From Cenococcum geophilum (lineage: Eukaryota), in contig CP158635.1 of assembly GCA_050273025.1 (NCBI GenBank), forward strand, positions 11,160,001-11,224,000: DNA of 64,000 bases, written 5' to 3'. Shown here one piece after another: positions 11,151 to 25,700 of this stretch. Both the position numbers and the translations under genes were made by a program. The notes under the pieces were generated by a model that saw nothing but the letters and a program-made list of their open reading frames with translations, had not been told where the DNA came from and did no database searches. The stretch's first letter is position 1. Every line of letters begins with the position of its first letter.

Positions 11151-14100
11151 TATAACGGGCTTGTATAAATGCCTCTAAACCAAAGCTTGTAGATTGCTAC
11201 TATACAAAGATACTAAGCTAAGGAAAAGAAGAAGAAAAGAAAGGCCGTTAGGGGTTAACACGAATATAAAGGGGTCGCTAAGGCGCTAGTGGTAAGCGAG
11301 CTAATAGCAATTTTCCATGCCGGGCATGGAAAATCCTAATCGGTTGGTAGAAGTTAGTGTCACGGCACTGACCTGACACGTTGTTATGATTCAGTGTTGT
11401 CATGACACGAGCACGGACCTAACCCCTGAGCGACGTGTATATATACCACCTCACCTCCTACATAGATCCTCACACGACATCGTTTGTCAATCATATACAG
11501 TCATTTCGTACATCGTACCTTGACAGTCTGCACGTACTGTAACAGTTAGGGTCGGCAGAATATAGCAGAATTTGGTAGGTAACGCGCCCTAGCGCCGTTA
11601 CATTACCCCCCCCCTCCCGAAAAAGCCTGCCCTTAGGCGTTAATTAAGCTCCTTATCGTTATCTAAATTGTTATATTTATCCACCCCTTCTTTCTAGCAT
11701 TTAATCCAGCTTTTTAATTTATATGATAGTCTGGGTAGATCTAGGTAGGCTAGGTAGAAATTCTGTAGCTTATAAGGCGAGTACTTAAAATTGGATATAG
11801 GATACTATTCTAGGTCTTTATTATGTCCTACCTAGCTTATATAGTATTTTAAGACACTACGGACTTTCTTTGCTACTAGGATTTCTTTAACTTCCTATTT
11901 TTTATCCTCTACAATCTAGATTAGCGGTAGGGGGTCGTTATACTGCCTAGGTAATAGGTTGTCTGCGGCCTTTTATAATCAATCTAGGGAGAAAATAGGG
12001 TGGATCTTTATTAACTCTGGCAGTTTAACCTTAAAAGAATGTCCTACCTTCTCTAAGATTTTATATGGGCCCGCTATCTAGTGGTCTAACTTATAACTTG
12101 GCCTCTAGGTTTTTTAACTCTTTATTAACACCTATACCTTATCTCTTACTTAGAAGTCTACCTTATAATAATATCGGTTTACATTAAACTCTTTTTTCTC
12201 TTACGCCTTCTTTATAATTATTTAAGTAGTCTCTTAGGCTTCGCGTATTCTCTTAGTAAATATCTAGGCCTCTTTATAGCTAAGGCGTTTACGGGCCGTT
12301 ATGGGTTTTATAGGCCTATCCCAATTAAAGAACGTTTGTGGTGTATACCTATAGAGTAGTTTAAATAGTAAGATCCTAATACTATTATGGGGGAGCGTGA
12401 GCTATACGTAGTCTATTATCGGTAGTAATTCTAACTAGTTATCCTAATAGTAGTCTATAAAGGGACGAAGTTGCTAGTTAAGGTATTAGTTTATAATCTT
12501 AGTTTAGCTATTAGTTTAAGAGTGGAATATAGTAGAGAGCTTAATCCTAATCCTAAGGATGCGGTAGAGTTTATTTTAGAAATCCGATATAAACTAGGGA
12601 CTATAGTTAGAGATAATTAATTTAGGGGCGCCGTAGATTTGGTAGATATTGTCGATATAAAGGCGAGCTATATCCTTTATAGTTGTGGTTTTAAAATAAG
12701 AGAGGGAGACGGATTACTTATATAGTCGGTTAATTACTATAAAAGCCGCGTTATAGCCGCGGGCGTCCTTTAGAAACAACTTAAAGTCTATTATAATATA
12801 TTGCTAAGGGCGTTTTAGGACTAGTAGTGGTTATAACTAGCTAGGGGTTTAATCCCTAGGAGTATCTACGCGTTTATAGGCGTAGTAGTTTCTAATAAAT
12901 CGGTCTATATTAGATAGAAGTCCTTACTAGTAGTAATAGGGTGCCAGTAGTTAGTGGGTCTTATCTTAACTGGGGTATACCATAAAGACTTAATAATGGG
13001 CTTTACAAATTAGCTCTATCTATAGGTTATTAATTTTTAGAACTATAAGCCGTTCCTAGTATAAAAGTAGTCCTTCTTTTATTCCTAAATTAGGGTTACC
13101 TTTTATAGCTTAGTTGCGGAGGGCCTTTAGGGAGTCGGTTATACGGCTCGCAGTTAGGATACGGTTAATTAGTCCCACCGGTTCGTCTAAGACTTCTCCT
13201 TTTATAGGCGCTAACTTGTTCCATTCGGAGTATAGCTTCTTAAGGATTTATAGATTGAGCTGTTTGGGACAGAGGAGTGCCTATATCTAATGCTAAGCTT
13301 TTAACTTATCCTAAGGTCCTATATCTTATTCTTTTTAGGTTAGGGTATTAGCCTAGAAGTTCTATTTACTTGGATGGTATATAATCGTAAAGAAGAATTA
13401 GGAGAGTATTTTAGCCTACTGAGCTTATTAACTAGTAAGCTGCTTTATTGTTATAAAATACTCTAGAGCTTTATAATCTGTATATATTTTAATCCAGGAG
13501 TTTATACCTTTAAGCTCTATACGCTATTAGGATAGCGATTAAATAATAGCTAGTATTTCTTTATTATATACTTCGTAGTTATACTTAGCTAGGTCTATTG
13601 TTTTTAAGAAGGTAATAGGGTACTATTCGCCGTCTAGATATAACTATAATAGGATTCCTGCTACAACCCTATTAGAAGCGTCTATCTCTAGCATTAACGT
13701 AAGGTCTAGGTCGTAGTAACGAAGAATTAGAGAGGAGGTAAGCCGATCTTTTAACTCTTTAAAGGCCTCTATATAGTTATTACTAAAAATAAAAGGCGTG
13801 TCTTTCTAGGTAAGTTATACAAGAGGCTTAGCTATAATTCTATAGTTATAGATAAACCGGTAGTAGAAGTTATAAAAGCTAAGAAAGGACTAAATTCCTC
13901 TTACGGTATAAGGGGGTTTCTAATTATAGATTACTTTAACCTTCTTAGGATTAACTTTAATTCTTTTTATAGTAATAATAAACCCAAGGTACTTTATACG
14001 CTTTACCCTAAATTTATATTTCTTAATATTAACTTGTAGGCCTACGTTCTATAGTCTCTTTAAAACCTTTTTAACATAAACCTAGTACTTAAGTTTGTTG

Positions 14101-16555
14101 TCTAAGTATATAAGGATATCGTCTAGGTATACCATATAGAATTCGTCAAGGTAGTTAAATAGGACGTTATTTATATACCTTTAGTACATAGTAGGCCTAT
14201 TTATAAGTCTAAAAGGGAGGACTTTATATTTATAGGACCTATAATAGGTACGGAATATTATTAAGTCTTCTAAAGCAGGGTCTAGTTAAACTCGGTAAAA
14301 GGTTTAACGGATATTAAGTTTAGTAAAGATCTTTGCCCGGCTTAGACGTATAAGGGTCTTATTAATTAAGGGGAGAAGGTACTAATCCTTTTAAGTAAAA
14401 GCGTTTAGCTTTTAATAGTTAATATAAAAACAAAGGCTACTATTAACTTTCTTAACAAATAGGATAGGGGAAGCGAAAGGGGCTTAGCTTAGCTTAATAA
14501 ACCCTTTATTAAGGTTATTAATTAAGTATTACTTTATTGCCTTTAGCTCGTCTATAGATTGCTAGTAGAGGGGACTATAGCTTAGGGAGTTATCGGCCTC
14601 TAATTAAATCTTATAATTGTAGGTTTAGTATAAGGGCAACTTATCTAAAGCCGCCTTTAAGTATATGTCCTTATACTAGGAATAAATAGTAGAGAGAAGG
14701 CGTTTAACTAGCTTATTATTAATTTCTTCTATTAGTCTTTCTTCCTTCTTAATAATTATCTGATTAATTTTATATAAACTAGTTATAAAGACCTTATTGT
14801 TCCTTTGGTATATATTAAAGTGGAACCCTATAGCACTAATTATAGTAATATCTACCGCGGAGGGGTTGCTTAATGGTAGGGGTTTTGGTATATTAGTATG
14901 CTAAACTGTAGGTTCTTTTGGGGGCTTCTAAGGTATTAGTGTTATTATTATTCCTTTTAGTTCTTGTCGTATCTTCCGGAGGTTATCCCTTATGTCCTAT
15001 TAATATATTCTCTTCTATATTAGCTAGATCTACGTAAATTAGATATTCTCTACGTCGCTATCTATCCCACTTTTATAAGTAGAGTCTTTATTAACTGTAG
15101 CGCTTTAGGAAAGTATCTTTATTAGTATAAAAGAGTTCCTTCTAGCCTTGTAATGGGCATTTTCTTAAGCAAAGGCTAGGTTACGGGCCTTGACGTCCTA
15201 CTAGTGAGTAGGATTAGCCTTCGCGGCTAGTATCTTGCGGTTAGTTTGGATTTCTCTAATATAGGAGGGTAATTTCGGTCGATTCTCTGGCTAGACAAGT
15301 TATCTTTATTGTATATTTAGCCAAATATTAAAATAGGATATCTATTTTCGGCCGAAGATTATATTATAAGACCCTAGGTTTAGGATATAAAAGGGGATAC
15401 TAAATTGGCGTTGTCTATTAAGAGAGATATATAGCTTTAAAAAGTGGGTAACCGGCTTACTAGCTTAACCATTATAGCTTCTTACTTAGATGGGCTTCTC
15501 TAGCCTAGTGGCTTTTATATTTAGAAACTTAGTAACGTTATTTATATAGGTAGTATTTATAAAGGTAAAGCTATTTGCTCTAGTGTTAATAAGAGCAGTA
15601 GTATTAACTTTATATCTATTTTAAGATACTATATATAGAATTATAAAGTGTTTCCCACCCATTAGCTAAATTAGATTAATTTCTTTAAGATCGATAGGGT
15701 ACCCTAGGGGGGAGTTTTCCCCTAGGGTTTTTCTTTTCCCAACTCGTCTAACGCGTCTTCTTCCTCTATTTTCTTAATATTACCTATATCCTTTAACTTT
15801 AGGCAAGATAAGGCAAAGTGGCTATTCTTTTTATAGTTATAGTATGTGACCGTAGCAGGGTTAATTGGGGTATTGCGGCGAGTGCTAGTTAAGAATATAG
15901 TACGCGGTAGGTTAGGTAAGGCTCGCGGGTATATAGCTATGGCTGCTTTTAATATAGGGGCCGTAGTCGCTTATCTTCCTACTCTAGCTCCTATAAGTGT
16001 AGTTAGCAGGTTCTAGGGTCGCTTCTACAGATTAAGGTAGGTGTTAATTCGCCTTAGTTTTAAATTTAATAATAGGCAACGAGCTGCGAGTCTTTAGTAG
16101 GTTGTCTGGTCGTTTAAGGTAATAGTAATCTTTTCTTATAGCCGGATTGTTAGCTTATTATATAGGTCCAAACGGTAGTTCTTAAGGGAAACCTGGCCTT
16201 CTCCTGCTAGGTATAAGAATTAAGTTTAAAACTTAGTAAAGGATTAATATAGTTTTATTATTAGGCAATTATACTTACATCTAGCGTCCTATACTTTATT
16301 TAAATTTATATAAATAGTAGCTAGGTGCGATAGCATCTTATTAACAGATATAAATCAGATAGGGGATTTATCCGTAAACTTGGCTTAAAGGTACCGTTAG
16401 GCGTCTCCTATAGTTTAACTAAAGAGGTAGAGCATTTTAGCTTCTTTGGAGAGGAAGTAGTTATAGTTAACTTAGAGTTTTCCTTATACTTAGATCCTTT
16501 AGTTCTTAAAGGTAGGGTCTTAAGAATACTAGGCAGACTTAGGGTTAGAGCACCT
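11151..16555 (-). mobile_element. Chromoviral Ty3/Gypsy retrotransposon family A, 5'-truncated, RIPed
   Basis: 3' LTR 11151-11602 (T[G>A]TAAC...GTTACA). PPT complement at 11603-11620. Chromodomain WEVEEIL..SWVG..EWYP (11780-11900), GPY (12065), YLDDIL (14113-14130), protease LI(D)T(G)A (15578-15597), GGGAAAA frameshift region (~15735), gag CCHC knuckle (15800-15850). No 5' LTR. Confidence 0.9.
11358..11544. mobile_element. Solo LTR (187 bp) inserted in the family A LTR
   Basis: TGTCAC...GTAACA termini; 5-bp TSD GTTAG at 11353-11357 and 11545-11549; CpA/TpG retained. Confidence 0.88.
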
Positions 16556-17163
16556 ATATAAAGGATTACTAATAGGCCTAAAGCGGGTATACTAAGAGTA
16601 AAGTAGCTTAAAGAACTGGAATAAAAAGAGGACCTAGGGGTTCTAACTAGATCTAAAGAATAGTATACTAAAGGTTGTAATAACGTAGTAATAATAAAAT
16701 ATTTTCTTACGGATAGATTATATACGCTTATAAAGCTATACTAAAAGTGGTATAGACAGCAACATAATAATAAGTAGGAAGACTTTTATATATAGCTAAA
16801 TAAAAAAGTTATTTAAGACTAAGCAATTATATAAAGAGACGCATAAGTTATATTAAAGGAGCATTAATTATAACGTTAAAAAATCTAGAAGAAAGATTAG
16901 AGGACTAGAGAAGCGAAAGGTAAATTATAGTACCTATAGATAAAGGACTAGCGTTTAGATTAACTAGATAAATGTTTAAACTTATAAGTAAAGATAAGCT
17001 AAAAGTTAACCTAAAACACCTAGTATATTATATATTGGCATGGATTATATATATAGATAATATATATAATATGTATAAAAATCTAAAGGAAAAGAATTGG
17101 AAGTACCCTATAAGAATATATTAGGCGCTAGATAAGTAATAATATAGAAATACTAAGTATATA
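16556..17163 (+). mobile_element. Gypsy family B copy 2, left fragment (gag extension)
   Basis: Collinear with 22460-23065 of the full element. Continues at 30582 on the other side of the LINE. Confidence 0.85.
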
Positions 17164-19785
17164 ATAATTCATTGCTTAACGTCCGATTTGGATCCCTATT
17201 ACTGCCGTAACAAGCCTACGGATGCGCTAGTATCACAAACTTTTACTCTACTACTGTAGAGTTACTAGGGGGCACCTGCTGCTCGCCCCCTTGCCTTCTA
17301 TTACTATTTCCCTTATAACCCGGAACTAATTTAGCATATTTTAGCTAATAAGCCACTAGGTAACCGCCTTAAGGCCTTTTTATATTAAGAGCAGTGTATT
17401 ATAGTTCTCTATACTAGCTACTAAGAGCATTATTTCTCAATTAGTGCGTAGGGGGCATAGCAGTATTACGTATTTTGGTGTCTATCTTAGCCAGCTATAT
17501 TCGCATTTCGGGCTACCTACTAGGATACCCACCTAGTAAAGCCAGTTTTTTAGTCCTATTATTCCTATTCTTAAGAGTATTGCTATTATATTTTCTACCT
17601 TTATTAGGCCTTCTTAGAGCTCTTAGGTATTTACCCCCTATAGCATTAACCATACTATAGCTTGGATTTGTCTTACCTAAGTTAGCCTCTATACTTTTAA
17701 CTCCTATTCGCCTCTCCAGCGTTAATCTAACCAGTATTATATTACGGTAGATGGTTTCCTAGCGTTCTTACGTATTCTACTTTAGCTCCTTTCTCTATTT
17801 TACTATTATCTTTACTAACCTCTTATATATCTCCCTTCCTCCTCTATATAGGCCTGGGCCCTAAAGCGGCACTATTCTTCTTCTACTTTCTTTACCTATT
17901 TCTCTAATATCTCTTCCCTACTTTAGGGTTATTAGTTTATTCTCCTACAGGGCACCCTAGGGTCCCTCTATAGTTTACTTAGGCGTGTCTTAATATACTT
18001 TATAACATTAGAGTTACGTTTATTTTGCGTCCTTTATATTACAGCGGCTTTAATATATAACTGTAGGGGGGGAATATTAGATTCCTTCTTAAGCAGTGCT
18101 GTAGCCGTTCGCTTATACCCGCCTATAATACTCTAAAGGCAGGCTATTTAGACCTTTTAAAGTAATTTAAGGAGTAATTTAGGGGGGCCCTTCTTAGTTT
18201 CTCTAATGGCCCAAATACTAGATCTATATATTATGGTTAGCCGGACGACTGCTATATATAGTAGGCGTAACCTTTAGAAGTATGGACCCTATGTAGAATT
18301 AATAATCCTAGATAAAGTGATAAACTATACTTGGCCTTTACAGGCCGCTTACGCCATATATACGCTCCACCGGAGCTTACTGTCTACCTATACTCCTAAT
18401 ACCCTTAGGCCCTAAACTGGTTAACCCCTAAAGCCTTAAATGCAAATTATATGCTAGAAATCTATAGATTGGTTGCGTTTTCTTATAAAATAGATTAGCT
18501 GGTATTTCTCTAGTAAGAATTAAACTCTATAACGTTTTGCCTATTCTATATAAGTATTATAGGCTTTCTCTAGTATTCTGCAATTCTTTACGGCTATTGG
18601 CCTATATATAATTAGGTTTATGTTATTAATAAAGCCTATCCCCTAGGTCGCCCCTTTCTTAAAGGAGTTAAGCAGGTTGCTTATAAAGAAAAGGAAGAGT
18701 ATAGGCAAGAGGGGTGATCCTTGTGGTATTCCTATTGCAACTGCAATAGGGGGGCTCTGGTATCCGCTAAAGACCTATAATGTTTCTTTCTGGCCTGTAA
18801 ACCCTTAGACAAATTGTATAATCCATTCTGGGAAGCCCTTTGCCCTAAGGATATGCAGAAGACGCTCGTGGGGTATATTATCGTAGGCACCACTAATATC
18901 TAGGCTAAGCATTAATACTACAAAGTCCTTTCACATCGCCTATGCAGATTTAATAGTGGCAGTAAGTAGCGTAAGTGCTAATAGTATTGAGCGGTTCTTT
19001 CTTACCCCTATTTAGCTTTATAGTAGTAGGGCGTATTCCTCTACCGTATCTGCTATACGTTCCGCTATTACCCTTTCTAAGATCTTACTAAGGGTATTTT
19101 CTAAGGTAATAGGGCGGTAGCTTCCTAGGATTAAGTAATCTGCTTTACCTTCTTTTTATAGGATAACCGTTATTATAGATCTTCTAAGTCGCGGGTAGTA
19201 GCCTATAGCAAAGTATACTCTAGCTACATCTGCAAGCTAAGGTGCTATAAGTAGCCTATAGGTTTTTAGGGCCTTATTTAGAATCCTATCTGGTCCTAGT
19301 GCTATATTATTTAAAAGGCGGCTAATAGTTCTAGCCATTTCCTCTATTGTTATATCGCTGTTGACCCGCAGGCGAGTTACTGGTGTTTCGCCCGTAATAT
19401 TACTAAGGTCTACTGGAGCCGGTTAGGGGAAGAACCTTTTTATAAGGATCTTTGACTTCTTATTGTTGTCGTTTATAGCCTGTAATTCTCCTACTCTTTA
19501 TAGGGGTAGTAGGTATAGGTCTTCTACTAGGCGCCCTGCCTTTTTCTTTACCTATTTTGCTATAGCCTAAAGGCCCTTATTATAGGGGAGGCTTGGGTTA
19601 GAAGTATACTTATTTATAAACCGTCTCCAGTTATTCCTTGCTTCTTTTTTTAGGGTATTTTTTAGCTAGTTTTTTATATCTTTATATTGTCTCTCGTCTT
19701 TAGGGTTATAGCTACTTATATATTTCCTTCTTACTTATTATTAGCTAGTAACTAGAACTGCGCATTATATAAACTATATATATCG

Positions 19786-22700
19786 TGTTACAGACGCTTT
19801 AAGTACAATGTTACGACTACTTAGAGAGGAGTCGGAAGAAGCTAGTTGGTTAATACAAGCACGGTCCAGGATGGAACCCGTGGAACTATATAATAAGGAA
19901 TAGTAGCCAAGGTCACATAAGGTGCTATGAGGGGAACGTAAGGAATAGAGGGAACTCACGTACCTTACGTATAAGACGTATATTACGTACAAGAAGGATT
20001 TTATAGGAGTACGGTTGTGTATTTAAGGACCCTCAGTCCCTACCTAGATAGTTCCTTCCTTATAGTAATTCTCAGAATATAATTAGAGTTAATCTATTAG
20101 GCAACCACTCCACCAGTTATTATTATGTTATTAACTTACTTGTAATACCTATACACCTAGCCTATTAATAAGTCCACCGTAGTCTCTACTATAAGGCTTC
20201 GTTACACAATTACTACTACGGTTACGGTTTTAATAAGTTAAATAATATGCCACCAAAAGCAGCCACTATAATGCCATTAACGGCAGCAACTACGTTAGGA
20301 TTAGGTAATAACACCAGTATGGCAGACACTAACTTATAATAACCTATAATAGTAGGATAGTTATAAACGATAGTTAATTAGTTAATAGGAGATAATGCGG
20401 CACTTAAAAATAGGATTAATGGGATAGGAGTAGTAAAGGTTAAGTTACTATTGATTAAAAAATTCTTAGGAGAAAGATTAAAGCTTAAAGGATTCCTTAC
20501 GCAAATACACTTTAAGGTTACGTAGGAAGGAGTAAAGCTAGCAATAACTATGGATTAAGTAGCATATACAGGATTATTCTTATTAGGAAGAGCACTTAAA
20601 TAGTTTAAGCCTTACCTTATAGAGATATAAGTAAACGGAATAATAATAACGAACTAAGAAGTACGGTTTATGTTTTTAAGCTAGAATAGATTTATAGAGC
20701 GACTTATATAAATATTTAGGGACCCAAAAGCAATAACTATAGCGGAAAGAAAGCTTTAGGACCTAACGTAATAGACTTTAGCAATTAAGTACACGATATA
20801 ATTCTAAACGCTAGCTATATAACTTAAGTAAAATAATAAGGCGCTTATAGCACAGAATAAACAGGGACTTAAGGCTAAAGTCTAAGATGTAATTATTCTA
20901 ATAGAAGATGCGGACACCCTAAGGGAATTAATAGATTAAGTAATTAAAATTAATAATAGGATCTTCCAAAGGGAACAGGCTAAGAGGGGCTAGGATAGAG
21001 TTCTATAGTTATATAAGACGTAGAGCACGCAACGACTAAAGCTAAATTAGAAATTATAGTATAGCGCAGAGCTAATGGACCTAAATGGTACCAAAGAAAC
21101 CTATAAGAGATGGAGTAAGAAACTATAGAAACCTAGAGGTTAAGGATTAAGCGATTATAGGACTAAGGAGTATAGGCTAAACCAAGGATCTTAGCAGTAG
21201 AAGATGTTTAAGCGGACTCTATAACAGAAGCAATAGTTTAAAGAAGGAGCTTATATAAATTACAAAAAATAGGGTTATTTTGCTAGAGACTGTAGAAGTG
21301 GTTAGAGTTATTACGTAGTAAAGGGAACTAGACTAGCAGTATGTGATATATACGTACAGTGAGATAATAGTGTGCTACAAGGAACAAAAGAGTGTTTAAT
21401 TAGAAGTTTTGCGTTTTGTTATAACAATATATGCCGAATTTATAAAAACGCTAAGTACGGTATAAGCTATTAGCCATAAGAGCTAGAGTTAAAAGGACTT
21501 AGAGGAACTAAAGAGTTAGATAAAAAATAAGATTAACTTTACGAGCTGGATTAAAACGTTATAGTAACGTGCGGATAAAGATTAGTAATAGTAATAATGG
21601 AGTTGGAGTACTTATTAATTAATAGTAATAAGGACAGTAAAGGAACTAACTAGGGGTATCTAAACCTTAATAATGTAATAGAAGTAGAGACTGAGACCGC
21701 TATAGAGCAAGGTTTAGTAACGGGTATTATAACACCGTTAGATACGGCATCTATCGCTTTATAAGACGGAAGGAGTAATATTTAAAGACGATTAAGCAAG
21801 CAGACAACTACTAGTGCTAGCTTACCACTTAATAAAGGTAAAAGGCCAAAGGCTTAAGATTTTTAAGACGAGATAAGAGACGACTAAGATTCTTAAGATA
21901 AAATAAGGTATACCTAAGGACCTACAACGGACGAAAACTAATAGAGCAGAGTAGCAGCTTAGTTTAAAGATATATAAATAAGCTTGGGATAAGAATTCCT
22001 AAGGGCATAAGACTTTTAAGACGAGATGAGTAAGATCTAGGACTCTTAAAACGAGATAAGGACACTAGTGAAGCCTAGTTGGATTAAGGCTGGAGCTAAG
22101 CTTAAGTTAAAAGCAAGCTTAGGATTAAAGAATCTAAGGGGTTAAGAATTTGGGGTATAAATTAGAACACCTAAGAGGCAAAGAGCTTCTTTATAGATTA
22201 GAGAATCTGCAGCGCAAATAGCAATTAGACTAGGAGACAGATATATAGACCTAGAGGACTTACTAGGGGAACATAGTGTTTAGCCTAAAGATTGAAAAGT
22301 TAATACTAAAATTAAGAAGTATAAAGACTTTAAGGACCTACTTGTAAGACGCGACGTAAAAGAAACCATAGAGGAATTTAGGGTAAGAATTACCTTATGG
22401 TAAGAACAGAAACTAGACAAAAGATCTAGCATATTGGGACGTATAAAGGACAGAGTACTAGTATAAAGAATTACTAATAGGCCTAGAATAGGCATATTAA
22501 GAGTAAAGTAGCTTACTAAACTAGAACAAGAAGAGGATCTAGGGATTCTTACTAGGTTTAAAGAACGATATACTAAAGGCTATTATAACGCAGTAATAAA
22601 GAGATATTTCCTTACGGATAAGCTATATACACTTAAGCAGCTATACTAAAAGTGGTATAGATAATAACACAATAATAAGTGAGAAGATTTCTATATGTGG

Positions 22701-25700
22701 TTAGACGAAAAAGTTATTTAGGACCACCTAATTATAGAAAAGGCTATAACTTATATTAAGGGGGCCTTAATTATAATATTAAAGGATCTAGAGGAGTAAT
22801 TAGAAAACTAAAGAAGTGAAAGATAAATCTTAGTACCCGCGAATAAAGTTGTAACGCTTAGATTAATATAAGAGAGGTTTAAACTTAAGGACGAAGACGA
22901 GCTAAGAGTTAACCTAAGATATTAAGCATATTATACACTATTATGGATAGTATATATAGATAATGCATATAATATATATAAGACACCAAAGGATAAAAAT
23001 CGGAAGTATCTAATAAGGATGTATTGGATAACGGATAAGGCGAAATATAGAAATGCTAAGTATATATATAGTTAGCACCTAGTGGAAGTTTAAAAATAAG
23101 GGGACTTGATACTTTAACCAGGAAGATTCCTTATAGAAGAATGCCTAGACGGATAACAATGGTAGGAATGTCCAGAGAACACCTATTTATGGTATATTAA
23201 GGATAAAAAACGAACTAAGTATTAGCCTAAGTTAGACCAAGTATAAATAGGATCTAGCAGCTAATAGTTAGGAAAAGTAGAGGCCTATAGGACTAGAGGG
23301 AGCTAGTAGTAGAGCCTTAGACCCTTAAGGGAATTTAAGGATAATACCTAAATTTATGAGTTAAATGGCAAAATTAACAGTTCGAGGTATTAATAGATAG
23401 TGGAGCAATAAGGAACTATATCTTACTAGCAGTAGTAAAAAGAATAGGATTACTATATAGGTAAAAGGAGTGTCCTTACCTATTAGTGATAATTTTAGGA
23501 GATCTAATAGCCTATGGAGGAGGTATTATTAATCTTAAAACAGAACTAGTTTAGCTAACTATTAAAGGAAGATAAATTGAGATGTCCTTTAATATATTAC
23601 TATTAGGGAATAATAAGGCAGTATTAGGAATGCCTTAGTTATAGGAATATAATCTAAAGATTAATTAGGTTATAGGTTAGGTTAATATTAAAGATACTTA
23701 ACGCTGTAAGATGCAATAATAAGCTAAGCTGGTATAGTACTAAGTAGGAGCGACCTATAAAGAGACAGAAAAAGGATTAAGTTATATACTAAAGAGATAC
23801 TATAAGTATGGCAGAAAACTATAATCACCTAAGAGTAAAAAGCTGTTAGAGTATGTAGTATAGGACTATAAAATAGAATTAGAACTAGGAATAAGTCTAA
23901 GGTTTTTTCTAATCTATAAGCTTACTAAAGAAGAAGGTAAAGCATTAAAAGAGTTTATCTAAGAAAACTTATGAAAGGGATATATTAGACCATTATAGTT
24001 ATTAGCGGGTTATCTAGTATTATTTATACTAAAAAAGAATAGCAAACTAAGACTATATATTAACTATAGATAGTTAAACAGCATTACCAGAAAGGATAGG
24101 TATCCTTTACCCTTAATTAGCAAAATCTAAGATAGGATAGGTAATACGCAAATCTTTACAAAAATAGATCTAAGATAGGCATACTATTAGATTAGGATTA
24201 AGAAAAGCAACAAATAAAAGGCAGCCTTTAGGTTAAAGGAAGGACTATATAAACCACTAGTTATACAATTCGGGCTTATAAACGTACTAGCAATGTTCTA
24301 GAAGCGTATTAATAATATATTAGGAGAATATTTAAATGAATTTATTATAGTATACCTTAACAATATTATTATCTACTTAATAAGTAAGGAAGAATATAGA
24401 GAACACGTTAAATGGGTCTTAAAGAGACTATAGGAAGAGTAAATGCTAGTAGCAATTAAGAAATGCGAGTTCTTTACTAGGAAGACCGATTTTATTAGAT
24501 TTATTATTAAACCAGGCCAACTTAGTATAGATTTAAAGAAGATTAAGGCTATAGTAAATTAGCAAGAACTAGAGAATATTATACAGTTAAGATCGTTTCT
24601 AGGGTTTTATAATTACTATAGAAGGTTTATAGCGCAATAGTTAAAAGATATTAAACCATTTATATAACTAACAAAGAAAGAAGAACTATAGGTATGGGGA
24701 GAGAAACAGCGAGAACTCTTTAAAAAAGTTAAAGAATTATTTACTTAGAAGCTAGTTCTTAAGATCTATTAACTAGGACTAGAGACGGTTATAGAAACAA
24801 ATATATTAAACTTTGCACTAGGAGTATATTTTATACAAAGGCATCTAGATAAATGGCATTTAGTAGCATACTATAGTTGGAAGATAACACTACTAGAGTT
24901 AAACTATAACATCTATAACAAGGAGTTATTAGGTATAGTTACAGCACTAAGGGAATAGAGAGCATTCTTATAAGGCACTGAAAAACTATTTATAGTTAAA
25001 ATAGATTATAAGAACCTAATAGGATTCCTAATAATAAAGGAGCTTAACTAAAGATAGGTTAGATGGGCAGAGATGCTTACAGAATACTATTTCAAAATTT
25101 AGTACACTAAGGGTACAGACAACACGCGAGCCAATGCGTTAAGTTAAAAGGCTAAACTATAAAATAACGATAAGCTATTAGGGGCTTTACTATAAAGAGA
25201 TATAGATAGACTGATTAGGTATAATTATCTAAAGATTATAGCAACGTAAGAAAATAAGTTAGAAAAGGTCTATAAGATATTAGAAAGCTTTTAGGTATAA
25301 AGGATTCTAGAAGTATAACTAGAAGACCTATAGTTAAAAATATACAAAAACCAAAAAGTAAAGTATATCCTAAGGAGCATAGCAGAGTAGTTTATAGAGG
25401 AATTCTATAAGGGACTAACTTAAAAACATAATAGAGCAACGGGCTTAGTGTTAAGACTCTAGGAGGAGTATATTATTAATAGAATCTAAAGGATAGCTAA
25501 AAAGGTCACTAAAGAGTGTCTAGATTACTAAAGAAATAAACTAATAAGGCATAAGCTATATGGAGGGCTATAACCTATTAAAATACCAGAGAGACTATAG
25601 GAAGTTATATTATGGGACTTTATTATTAAGTTACTAAAGTTAAGAGACCCTATTACCAGATAGGATTATAATGCGATCCTAGTAATAGTAGATAAGCTTA

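Noticed and set aside
17475..17660. Duplicated hydrophobic ORF (also 53899-54081)
   Set aside because: Antisense reading of RIPed LINE ORF2 in both LINE copies.
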